From assembly GCA_963754655.1 (NCBI GenBank), contig CAVWGN010000001.1:1632001-1696000 (forward strand): 64,000 nucleotides of DNA, given 5' to 3'. Of the stretch, positions 20,830 to 29,896 are shown piece after piece. This DNA is from an uncultured Chlamydiae bacterium (lineage in GTDB: Bacteria; Chlamydiota; Chlamydiia; Chlamydiales; Parachlamydiaceae). Numbering within the stretch: position 1 is the first letter of the stretch; the number at the start of each line of letters is the position of its first letter. The position numbers were made by a program, and so were the translations under genes. A model generated the notes under the pieces. That model was given only the letters and a program-made list of their open reading frames with translations, did no database searches and was not told where the DNA came from.

Positions 20830-20984
20830 CAGCCCTTCAGGCTTGCATGACACAACTCATTCATACCCAGGGTGTTGCCCCATACGCATCAAACTAAGAG
20901 ATGAGCGTAGGCTACGCGACGCATTCAGTCGCCACGCCGCTTCGCTCTGGGCTCTAGGTGAGGGGGGTGTTGTCCTGGTCTATT
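20830..20984. repeat. Chimeric REP-like sequence
   Basis: Outer parts match the 62.4-62.6 kb REP; inner 20878-20964 matches 386-470 of element A. Confidence 0.75.
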
Positions 20985-21285
20985 ATAGCGATTTTAAAAT
21001 TATCCTAATAGTCAAAAACTCATGTAATCTACTAACGACTCTTTTTTATTATCAGACGTTAAAAGAGGTTTTGTTGATCCTCAAAAGCGGTCAGCAGATG
21101 CAAATCGAATTGTTTTGCTGCCAATATCAAACCTACCCTGACTGGAAAAATTCAAGGGTTTCCTGGAAGGGTAAGTTGGTTCAGAGAATCTCATTGAGAA
21201 TAGCTAATGCAAATGAGTTAATAAATATTATCAGACGTTAAAAGCCTGGATTTATTTTACCTAAATTCAATACGTACTGAATCCT

Positions 21286-21633
21286 TTAACTGAGAGTTTG
21301 AGAATGAAGATAGTCTTCTATTCCCTTAACCAACTTATCTAAGGCTAATAAGTACTGTTTGCATTCTCGATATTGATTTTCACTTATACTAGACTGAGAT
21401 CGCAATGTACTTAAACTTTCAAAAAGAGGATCCAAAGAAAATCGTTTCACTTGAACTGACCGACCCTTGATTAAAGTCGCAGCTAAACCTGCGTAATAGC
21501 TATCAGTTTCATTTAGGTCAGCAGTCCAATTTGTTAGAGCTTCTTCTTGACCATTAAGATGTGGAAAAGGCAATAAAAGAAACTGTTCATACAATTGCTT
21601 AAGCATTAATTGATTCATCATTTTTAACCCCAA
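21286..21633 (-). CDS. Small protein, candidate immunity protein
   Basis: Coupled to upstream toxin-like ORF; LPFP...ADL...YYAGLA pattern; true start may be the MM at 21621. Confidence 0.55.
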   Translation of the reverse strand: MGLKMMNQLMLKQLYEQFLLLPFPHLNGQEEALTNWTADLNETDSYYAGLAATLIKGRSVQVKRFSLDPLFESLSTLRSQSSISENQYRECKQYLLALDKLVKGIEDYLHSQTLS

Positions 21634-22037
21634 AAGGTAACGATTTTTCCATTTTTATCCCATGTTCCACCCTCATTCCCTTTTTTAATCTTATAGCCCT
21701 GAGAGCCATCTTTTAAAATGAAGGGCTGCCTTAAATTCTTATTTTTTTTATAAAAATTCACTGCATCTCGCGTGTATTGCAAGGATGTACGGCCATTTCC
21801 ATGTTTCTTTGTATGGTAGTCAATGGAAGCTTGATTAGTAGGAAAAGTCGACTTATACCAAAATTTTTGATAATTTTTTTGAGAGACAGAAGGAGAATGT
21901 TGTTGATGGGTATTTTTTTTAAAGTGTTGATGGGTATTTTTTTTAAAGTTTTGAGTTTGTTTTGCAATTAACTCAGTCGAAGGAGTAATGAATAACATGA
22001 CCGAAAGAAGAAATCCAAAAATAAATTTTAAATGCAT
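21624..22037 (-). CDS. Small secreted basic protein with polymorphic-toxin-like C-terminal domain
   Basis: Signal peptide; STFP...SIDYHTKKHG...GGTWDKNGKIVTFW. Confidence 0.55.
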   Translation of the reverse strand: MHLKFIFGFLLSVMLFITPSTELIAKQTQNFKKNTHQHFKKNTHQQHSPSVSQKNYQKFWYKSTFPTNQASIDYHTKKHGNGRTSLQYTRDAVNFYKKNKNLRQPFILKDGSQGYKIKKGNEGGTWDKNGKIVTFWG

Positions 22038-22271
22038 TGCTTACCTCTATATAAATAGTGAAGTGATTGATACTTCATTCATTATAAATAGCTATTAAAA
22101 AGAGTCTATGAAATATTCTTTAATTTACATTAAAGTGAAGCGCAATAAATTTTATAGTCTTTTAAATTGTCTTTATTCATTGATATTTTTTTCTAATTCA
22201 GTATGATAGAACCTTTATTCGTATTGATAATAGAATTTTTGTCCAAAGCCAAAACTTAAATAGGAATATTT

Positions 22272-24113
22272 ATGCAACAGATTGTAAAAAAAATGCTTTT
22301 TGCATTTTGCTCTTTAAATATGATCTTTAATTCTTTGCAAGCTTCTACTTTTGAGGACCATAAAAAATCTCAAATGATTCAAGACTTAGAAGTGATTAAA
22401 CATCATTTTGAAGTGGCCTATGCTCCAGCAGATTGGAAAAAGGAATATGCAGGCTGGGATTTAAATGAAGCTTTCGAACAAGCGAAGAGCCAAATTTTAA
22501 ATACCACCTCTATTACAACAAAGCAATTTCAACAAATTGTTCGAGACTTTATGAAAAGCATGAAGGATTACCATGTCGATGTCCTTTTCTTTTCAACAGA
22601 GGCTGCCTCTTTGCCTTTTAGTGTGAAAGGGGTCGAGGGGAGATATTTCATTGATTGGGTCGATCCTATTCGCCTTCCCGTCTCCTATTATGGGATATGT
22701 TCTGGAGATGAGTTACTAGAATTTGATAAGCGTTCTATTGAGGAGGTAATAAAAGAAATTATCAACGAATCTGGCAAAGCCTCAAATCCAAATACAGATC
22801 AAGGTCTTGCAGTAATGAAACTCACCTCCCGTATCGGAATGGCAGGCGATCGTGTACCAAAAGGTTCCATTCTACTCACAACTCGCTCTGTTAAAACGGG
22901 TAAAATAAATATTCAACAAATACACTGGGCTTATACAGCCGAACAGGTTAAAAATTCTTTAGATTTTCTTCAACCTCTTGATTGCATTTCTGCTCTCTTT
23001 CCGAAAATTAAAGAGAAAAAAACCAAATTTGAAATGCCAAAAATTTCGATGGCCAATCCTTTGCATGAGACTTTTGCTCAAAAACAGACTGATCGCGATG
23101 GAGGACTAGGCAGCCGCAAAAGTTTTATTCCTGCGCTAGGCGAGATTTTTTGGTCAATAGACGATCATCCAGCATCGGAAGAGAGCGAGGCACCTTTTTG
23201 GTATGCCTATGTTTATCGCACTCCACAGGGACAAAATATTGGCTATATTCGCATTCCTCACTATGTTGTCTCTTCTCTTGATATCAAAGAATTTGGAAAG
23301 ATCCTCAAAATAATGGAAGCAAATACAGATGCTTTAGTCATTGATCAATTACATAATTTTGGGGGTTTTGTTCATGTGCAATATGCCCTAGCAGGAATGT
23401 TAACGACTCAGCCCCTTAATGCTCCTTATCATCGTATAAAAATTACCCAAAAAGAAGTTTTAGATGCTTATCAAACACTTGAATTCATTAAGCTTATTGA
23501 TTGGATGATGGACTTCGCGGAATTGGATTCATCGGATTCTGATAACGGTGGGGGCGAACCTAACAATCAAGAAAACGAAGATGAAGAACCTAAAAAACAA
23601 GAGGAGGAGGATTTAGATCAGCCTGTCGGATCTAATTATCAACAGATTTTATTTGTAAAAGCTTACTGCGAATTGATCTTGGAAGAATGGAATAAGGGAC
23701 AAACGTTAACTCGCCCTACACCTATTTTAGGGATCGATAAAATTAATCCAAATCCAAAAGTTCACTATAGTAAGCCTATCCTTATGCTTATCAATGAGAT
23801 GGACTTTTCAGGTGGCGATTTTATGCCTGCTATTATGCAAGATAATCAAAGAGCTGTTTTATTTGGAACACGCACGGCCGGAGCCGGAGGCTATGTCTTT
23901 AATTTTCAATTCCCAAATACGCATGGCATTGCCCAATGTTCTTATACAGCCTCAATTGCTGAAAGAGCAAACTTGCAAAAAATTGAGAATTTAGGTGTAA
24001 CTCCAGATATTGATTATCAAATTACATTAGAAGATGTTCAGGGTGGTTATCGTGGCTATATTGATGCTGTCAACCAAGCCATCCAGACTTTATTAGAACA
24101 TTCACCAAAGTGA
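22272..24113 (+). CDS. cpaf: Chlamydial protease-like activity factor (CPAF, S41 peptidase)
   Basis: Signal peptide, YAPADWK, DYHV, IGYIRIP, DFSGGD, FGTRTAGAGG, IENLGVTP. Confidence 0.88.
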   Translation: MQQIVKKMLFAFCSLNMIFNSLQASTFEDHKKSQMIQDLEVIKHHFEVAYAPADWKKEYAGWDLNEAFEQAKSQILNTTSITTKQFQQIVRDFMKSMKDYHVDVLFFSTEAASLPFSVKGVEGRYFIDWVDPIRLPVSYYGICSGDELLEFDKRSIEEVIKEIINESGKASNPNTDQGLAVMKLTSRIGMAGDRVPKGSILLTTRSVKTGKINIQQIHWAYTAEQVKNSLDFLQPLDCISALFPKIKEKKTKFEMPKISMANPLHETFAQKQTDRDGGLGSRKSFIPALGEIFWSIDDHPASEESEAPFWYAYVYRTPQGQNIGYIRIPHYVVSSLDIKEFGKILKIMEANTDALVIDQLHNFGGFVHVQYALAGMLTTQPLNAPYHRIKITQKEVLDAYQTLEFIKLIDWMMDFAELDSSDSDNGGGEPNNQENEDEEPKKQEEEDLDQPVGSNYQQILFVKAYCELILEEWNKGQTLTRPTPILGIDKINPNPKVHYSKPILMLINEMDFSGGDFMPAIMQDNQRAVLFGTRTAGAGGYVFNFQFPNTHGIAQCSYTASIAERANLQKIENLGVTPDIDYQITLEDVQGGYRGYIDAVNQAIQTLLEHSPK

Positions 24114-24158
24114 ACAGGAATGCTGTTACATTAAGGGAGAGGTGGGACAGTTAACACT

Positions 24159-26171
24159 ATGGAACTATTTTTATTTAAAGATCTCTTGATTATCTTGGGT
24201 TTTTCTATTCTTGTTCTTTTAGTCGGATATCGTCTGCACATCCCTCCCGTCGTCGGTTTCATCTTAACAGGAGTCTTAGCAGGTCCACATGGCCTGGCCC
24301 TGGTAGGAGGAACCGAAGACGTGGAAACCCTAGCTGAATTAGGAATTATTCTTTTGCTATTTGGGATTGGCATGGAGTTTTCACTAAAAAAGCTCATGCA
24401 AATCAAACGCCTTTTTTTGTTGGGAGGTTCGCTTCAAGTAGGTCTCACTGCCTTGCTCAGTTTTCTCATTGCCAAAGGACTGAGTCGTCCTTGGGGAGAA
24501 GCCATATTTTTAGGCTGTTTACTCTCTATGAGCAGCACTGCTGTAGTTTTGGGAATTCTTGATCAAAAAGGGGAGTCTGCAAGCCCTCATGGTCGCTTAT
24601 CAATTGCCATTTTGATCTTTCAAGATATGATTGCTATTCCTATGCTTCTCTTAACCCCCCTTTTAGGTGGGGGGCAATCAGATGCACAAGGATTTAATCT
24701 TTTGCTCTTATGGCCCATTTTTAAAGGATTAATTATTTTAGCTGTTGTCTTTATCTGTGCTCAGCACATCGTTCCTAGTCTCCTTTTGCTTGTCGCCCGT
24801 ACGCGGAATAAAGAACTCTTCTTGTTAAGTGTTCTGACTCTTTGTTTTGGGGTTGCTTGGCTGACATCTAGTTTAGGTCTTTCTTTAACTATCGGTGCAT
24901 TTCTAGCAGGCTTAATCATTTCAGAATCTGAATATAGCAATGAAGCCATTACAAATATTTTTCCATTCCAAGCGCTTTTTATTAGCTTCTTTTTTGTTTC
25001 TGTGGGAATGCTGCTTAATATGGATTTTGTTATCCATCAGCCTTGGCTCATTTTAGGATTGGCCATCGCCATTTTAATCCTTAAAACATTTACAGGCGGA
25101 CTTGCGACACTTGCTTTAGGATTACCCATTCGTACTGCTGTTTTGGTTGGAATAACTTTAAGCCAAATTGGAGAGTTTTCGTTTGTTCTCGCTAAAACGG
25201 GCATTCCATATGGGCTGGGATCAGAATATTATTATCAACTTTTTTTAGCTACTTCACTTCTGACTTTAATGATCAGTCCAGTTTTAATTAATTTGTCCCC
25301 TCGTATAGCTTCTTGGATCATTCTGTTACCATTGCCTGAAAAACTACGGACTGGATTGAAAGGGCAAATAAATGAAGAGAAAATCTCCCTTACAAATCAT
25401 GTCATTATTGTAGGTTTTGGAATTAGCGGACGCAATTTAGCTCGTTCCTGCAAACTAACAGGAATTCCCTATACAATTTTAGAAATGAATCCCGATACAG
25501 TGAAAGAACAAAAGAAGCAGGGAGAACCCATTCAATTTGGAGATGCCGCTCATTTATCTATTCTTGAGCATCTTCATATTCAAGAAGCGAAAGCGATTGC
25601 AATTCTTGTCAACGATCCAATTGCCGCACGTCGGATTGTACAAATTGCCCGTCTTGCTAATCCTTCTCTTTATATTATTGTGCGTGCTCGATATGTACAG
25701 GAAATGTCTCTCATGAATAGACTTGGAGCAGATGAAGCTATCCCAGATGAGTTTGGCACTTCGGTGGAAATTTTTTCGCGTGTTTTGCGTCACTATCATG
25801 TTCCTGATGAGGAAATCAACGCTTTCATCAATGAAATTCGTGCCGACGGATATGAGATGTTGCGCAATAAAAATCCTACAGCCACAAAATTATCAGATAT
25901 TAAACTCAATCTTTCAAATGTTGAAATTGGATCTTTTCGTTTACATCCCAATTCTCCTTTGGTAGGAAAAGTTTTAGCAGAATCTCAATTGCGCAAGTTA
26001 TATGGAATGACGGTATTGTTAATCAAAAGAGACACCCAGATTTTATCTAATCCGAGTTCTGATACTCAATTAATGGCAAATGATGTCATTGTAGTAGTAG
26101 GTGAAAAAGTTCCTCTTAAGCAAGCCTCTGAACTTTTTGGTCATTTAGAAAGAGCTTCTCTAGTGACTTGA
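24159..26171 (+). CDS. CPA2/Kef-type cation:proton antiporter with TrkA-N and TrkA-C domains
   Basis: SMSSTA, FQD, SQIGEFSF; IIVGFG RCK-N domain. Confidence 0.9.
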   Translation: MELFLFKDLLIILGFSILVLLVGYRLHIPPVVGFILTGVLAGPHGLALVGGTEDVETLAELGIILLLFGIGMEFSLKKLMQIKRLFLLGGSLQVGLTALLSFLIAKGLSRPWGEAIFLGCLLSMSSTAVVLGILDQKGESASPHGRLSIAILIFQDMIAIPMLLLTPLLGGGQSDAQGFNLLLLWPIFKGLIILAVVFICAQHIVPSLLLLVARTRNKELFLLSVLTLCFGVAWLTSSLGLSLTIGAFLAGLIISESEYSNEAITNIFPFQALFISFFFVSVGMLLNMDFVIHQPWLILGLAIAILILKTFTGGLATLALGLPIRTAVLVGITLSQIGEFSFVLAKTGIPYGLGSEYYYQLFLATSLLTLMISPVLINLSPRIASWIILLPLPEKLRTGLKGQINEEKISLTNHVIIVGFGISGRNLARSCKLTGIPYTILEMNPDTVKEQKKQGEPIQFGDAAHLSILEHLHIQEAKAIAILVNDPIAARRIVQIARLANPSLYIIVRARYVQEMSLMNRLGADEAIPDEFGTSVEIFSRVLRHYHVPDEEINAFINEIRADGYEMLRNKNPTATKLSDIKLNLSNVEIGSFRLHPNSPLVGKVLAESQLRKLYGMTVLLIKRDTQILSNPSSDTQLMANDVIVVVGEKVPLKQASELFGHLERASLVT

Positions 26172-26419
26172 TGGCTTATTTCGATAATGATTGGCCTGCA
26201 TGGCATCAAATCGAGATGGATTTTCATGCGTAGGTTCTGGTTTTTCGTTCACCTGTCTTGATCAAATTTTCAACCCTGCGAACTCACAATTAAAAAATAA
26301 AAATCAATATTGCGCAATTTAAAAAAAATGATTCTTTTTGATATATTGAAACTGATTTGTTATCAAGGATTCTAAAATATTATAAAAATTATTTTTGAAA
26401 ATGGTGTTAAAATAAGTTT

Positions 26420-27361
26420 ATGGCAAAATTTCCTAAACCGCTTAATCTTCCCAAAAATGTTAAAGACACTCGGATTAAGCGCAATCAGCAAGTGAGTGAG
26501 GCAGTAAAGTTAGGAATTAAATTTCGATTATTCGTGATCGTATTTGAGTTGGTGGGTGTTTTCTTAATAAATAGTTCCTCTCTTTTTTTAGATGCCATTT
26601 CGAGTTTAATAGATGTCATATCGAGTATCTTCCTGATTATTTGCATTAAATTAGCCCAACGTCCTCCTGATCATGATCATCCCTTCGGTCATGGTCGCTA
26701 TGAACCTATGGGGGGTCTTTTATTAGGAATTCTCCTTATTGTTTTAGGCGGAGTTATGCTTTTCCAGCAAGTTCTGGGATTTTTCTACCAAGAAGTTCAT
26801 CGTCATATTCATCCTGCGGCTTGGCTATTTCCCGCTATTGCAATGGTCATTTTGGAAATTGCTTATCGCCTGTTAATCTTAACTGCTAAAAAAACCCAAA
26901 GCCCTGCTCTTGCCTCTGATGCTTATCATTATCGCATTGATAGTTTGACTAGTTTATTTGCTACTATCGCTTTAATTGTGGCAGCAATTTTGCCAGGATG
27001 GAGCGTGTTTATTGATCATATGGGTGCCATTGTCATTGCATTATTTATGATTGGAATTGGCTTGTTAGCAGCACGTGAAAATTTTCACCAACTAATGGAT
27101 AAAATTCCTGAAGCCTATTTTTTCGAACTAGTGAAGCAAGCAGCTTTAAAAGCTGCTGGAGTAGAAGGAACTGAAAAGATTCGCATTCAACGTTATGGCC
27201 CTGATGCGCATATCGATATTGATATTGAAGTCAACCCGAGCTTAACAGTCGATAAAGCCCATAAAATTAGCCAACAGGTTCGTCTTGAAATTCAAAAAGC
27301 TTGGCCTGCTGTACGCGATGTCATCGTGCATATCGAACCCTATTATGTTAATGACCACTAA
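26420..27361 (+). CDS. Cation diffusion facilitator (FieF-like)
   Basis: PPDHDHPFGHGRYE, HYRID, VHIEP. Confidence 0.9.
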   Translation: MAKFPKPLNLPKNVKDTRIKRNQQVSEAVKLGIKFRLFVIVFELVGVFLINSSSLFLDAISSLIDVISSIFLIICIKLAQRPPDHDHPFGHGRYEPMGGLLLGILLIVLGGVMLFQQVLGFFYQEVHRHIHPAAWLFPAIAMVILEIAYRLLILTAKKTQSPALASDAYHYRIDSLTSLFATIALIVAAILPGWSVFIDHMGAIVIALFMIGIGLLAARENFHQLMDKIPEAYFFELVKQAALKAAGVEGTEKIRIQRYGPDAHIDIDIEVNPSLTVDKAHKISQQVRLEIQKAWPAVRDVIVHIEPYYVNDH

Positions 27362-27444
27362 AATTAACAACTCTTGTTTTTAAAATGGATTCCAAATAAT
27401 CTTCCTACTTTAATATTCGTTGCAGAATAAGGAAAACAAAACTA

Positions 27445-28101
27445 ATGAAAAAATTACTCCAAGGAATTGTCGATTTTAGAAAAAATCTAACCGAAGAGCA
27501 TCGAACTCTTTTTGCGAAACTCGCTCTAGGACAAAAACCGAATGCCCTTTTCATTGCTTGCTCTGATAGTCGCGTTGTGCCCAATCTTTTTGCTTCTACA
27601 AATCCCGGAGATTTATTTGTTTTACGCAATATGGGCAATCTTATTCCCCCCGCCTCCTCTTCTTTTCAAGATAACAGTGCATCCGCAGCTATCGAATTTT
27701 CAGTGCTCACGTTAAGTGTGACTGACATCATTGTTTGTGGTCATTCTGAATGCGGAGCTATGCAAGCATTAGCTCAAGGTCTAAACAATTGTTCCAGCCC
27801 TCATCTCATCTCTTGGTTAACATATGGAGAAGAAGCCCTCAATAAGGTTAGAAACGGACTGGTCATCACTCCTTCATTATCAGAGCACAATCAACTTTCT
27901 CAAGTCAATGTGCTTCAACAAATGGAACATATTAAGAGCTATCCATTAGTCCAAGAACGCCTAATAAAAAATCAGCTCAGAGTACATGGCTGGTGGTTTG
28001 ATATTGCACATGCGGATGTCTATTGCTATGAGCAAGATTTGAATCAATTTGTTTTGATTGATGAAAAAGAAGCAGGTTTGATCCTAGAACGATTAAAATG
28101 A
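27445..28101 (+). CDS. Beta-class carbonic anhydrase
   Basis: CSDSR and GHSECG motifs. Confidence 0.93.
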   Translation: MKKLLQGIVDFRKNLTEEHRTLFAKLALGQKPNALFIACSDSRVVPNLFASTNPGDLFVLRNMGNLIPPASSSFQDNSASAAIEFSVLTLSVTDIIVCGHSECGAMQALAQGLNNCSSPHLISWLTYGEEALNKVRNGLVITPSLSEHNQLSQVNVLQQMEHIKSYPLVQERLIKNQLRVHGWWFDIAHADVYCYEQDLNQFVLIDEKEAGLILERLK

Positions 28102-28514
28102 CTCAATTTTCTATCAGGTGGTTTTATTTTCTTCTTTCTTTTCTTTAGATCGCCAATACGGAAATACCGCATCTGCTTGTTCTTTTTGACATCCATCCAT
28201 TAATTTAACGTGTGGGATCCCCAACGCCTAATACAGTCAGCCAACTATAAGTGCGATAGTATAGCCAATAAATTCTAACATCATTTTTCTCCTGCTATTC
28301 TATTTGCAAAGGTCACTTGTACTATTACTTAACGCATAGGAGTTAAAATTGTCCCCATAGACAAAAGTCAATATGACAGAGTGCTCGTCTATTCTTTTAT
28401 TCATTTTACTATATTTTGGCTTTGAAAGAAATCGCTGATTTATCTTAAAATTTATTGAGGAATTTTAAAGAAATTGCCGCTGGTATGGTTAAGAAAAGAT
28501 AAAAAGGATAAAGG

Positions 28515-29816
28515 ATGAATAATTTAGATCGAATTGGTTCACAATTGCAGGAAGCTTTTAGGTTACAACACCTTACTCTTACATTAAAAGAAGATCATTT
28601 TGTTGTGGAAAATTCTTCCCACGAAAAGGTAGAAAAAATTCGCCAAATTATTACTGATTTAAAGTATTGCCCTTGGATATTTAAATCAGAAAAACAAGAT
28701 AACATTACATTTACTGTCGTTCCTTATCAAATTCCTACATGTCTGTATCAAAAGCCAAACGTTGCTCATGTTATCAAATGGGCTCAGGAACACTCTGCAG
28801 AAAAGCATCTTCCTTTACTAAGGGAAATTGCTGAGGAAAAAGGATTCGAATTAGCACAGTCAATACCAAAAGAGATCTTGTTAAAAGAGCTTTGGCAAAA
28901 AAATTACCTCAAAGACAAGGAAAAAGAACTTGATAAGGAAATCCAAGCAATTTCCGATTTCAATTCCTCTATTGATTCATTGCTTACATGTCATCTGGGA
29001 GAACAAGTTTTTAAAACCCATGTTGCCAAAGCATTGATTAATGGATATCGCTTTGTTTTCATTGCTGATTATCATACGCAGCAATGTTTTAGCAGTCTCT
29101 TGCCTGATTTAATAGTAAAAATTAATCAATCTAAAGACAGTTCGCTTGCCCTTTTTGTAGAGGGTTGTGAAAGAGATTCTATTTCAGAACAAATTTTTTT
29201 TTCGAATTGTCTTAAATTCCAAGGAAAAGAATTCAACACCAAAAGTTTATTATTTGGCATCGAAAAACACGAAATTTTTCTTATTTGCGATTGGATAGGG
29301 AATATCCATCAGCTTCAAATCGAGTCACATGTTGCTTGTTTATTGCGTTATATGTTGACAAAACCAACCTATCAACTTACGTGGAACACATTGAAAAAAA
29401 ATAATACTGATCAAAATCTAAAGGATATGATTGCAGAAATTGATGTTGCAAAGCGAATAGCGTTGAAAAATCGAAGTGTTCATCCCGGTATCGAAAAGTT
29501 AAAAAAAGGCCACTTTTATCATGACAAAAAAAATTGGATTAATCTTTTTAGCAAGATGATTCATGTTGTTTTAGAAGAAATGAATTTTCCTAAAGAGATC
29601 ACAACAAAGATTCAAACCTTTCTTAAAAATCCCTCAGATAACACAGCATGTGTTAACTGTCTATTGTCCTTTAACCACCAGATTCGGGATCCTGCTATTA
29701 TAGAAAATATTCGGTCTGTCATTCAAAAATGTCCGCAGACAACAGAAATTGTGATTTTTATTGGGGGTGGACATATGTTAAATGTTATCCAAGGTCTTCA
29801 GGCACCCTTTATTTAA
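28515..29816 (+). CDS. Hypothetical protein, possible EreA/ChaN/TIKI-like fold
   Basis: FIADYH, LFVEG, IRD, IFIGGGH in the order typical of that superfamily. Confidence 0.5.
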   Translation: MNNLDRIGSQLQEAFRLQHLTLTLKEDHFVVENSSHEKVEKIRQIITDLKYCPWIFKSEKQDNITFTVVPYQIPTCLYQKPNVAHVIKWAQEHSAEKHLPLLREIAEEKGFELAQSIPKEILLKELWQKNYLKDKEKELDKEIQAISDFNSSIDSLLTCHLGEQVFKTHVAKALINGYRFVFIADYHTQQCFSSLLPDLIVKINQSKDSSLALFVEGCERDSISEQIFFSNCLKFQGKEFNTKSLLFGIEKHEIFLICDWIGNIHQLQIESHVACLLRYMLTKPTYQLTWNTLKKNNTDQNLKDMIAEIDVAKRIALKNRSVHPGIEKLKKGHFYHDKKNWINLFSKMIHVVLEEMNFPKEITTKIQTFLKNPSDNTACVNCLLSFNHQIRDPAIIENIRSVIQKCPQTTEIVIFIGGGHMLNVIQGLQAPFI

Positions 29817-29896
29817 GCATGGGAAGTGCAGCCAATGCGATGATACAGCCTCTCAAATTGATCTATTAGCGATTTTTTCATTGCAAGAGCTTTTGC

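Noticed and set aside
20786..21241. 151-aa ORF
   Set aside because: Runs through REP mosaic and motif copies; no recognisable protein features
28160..28284. Minus-strand MMLEFIGYTIALIVG* behind a good RBS, reminiscent of a TauE/SafE N-terminus
   Set aside because: Too short and degraded to support
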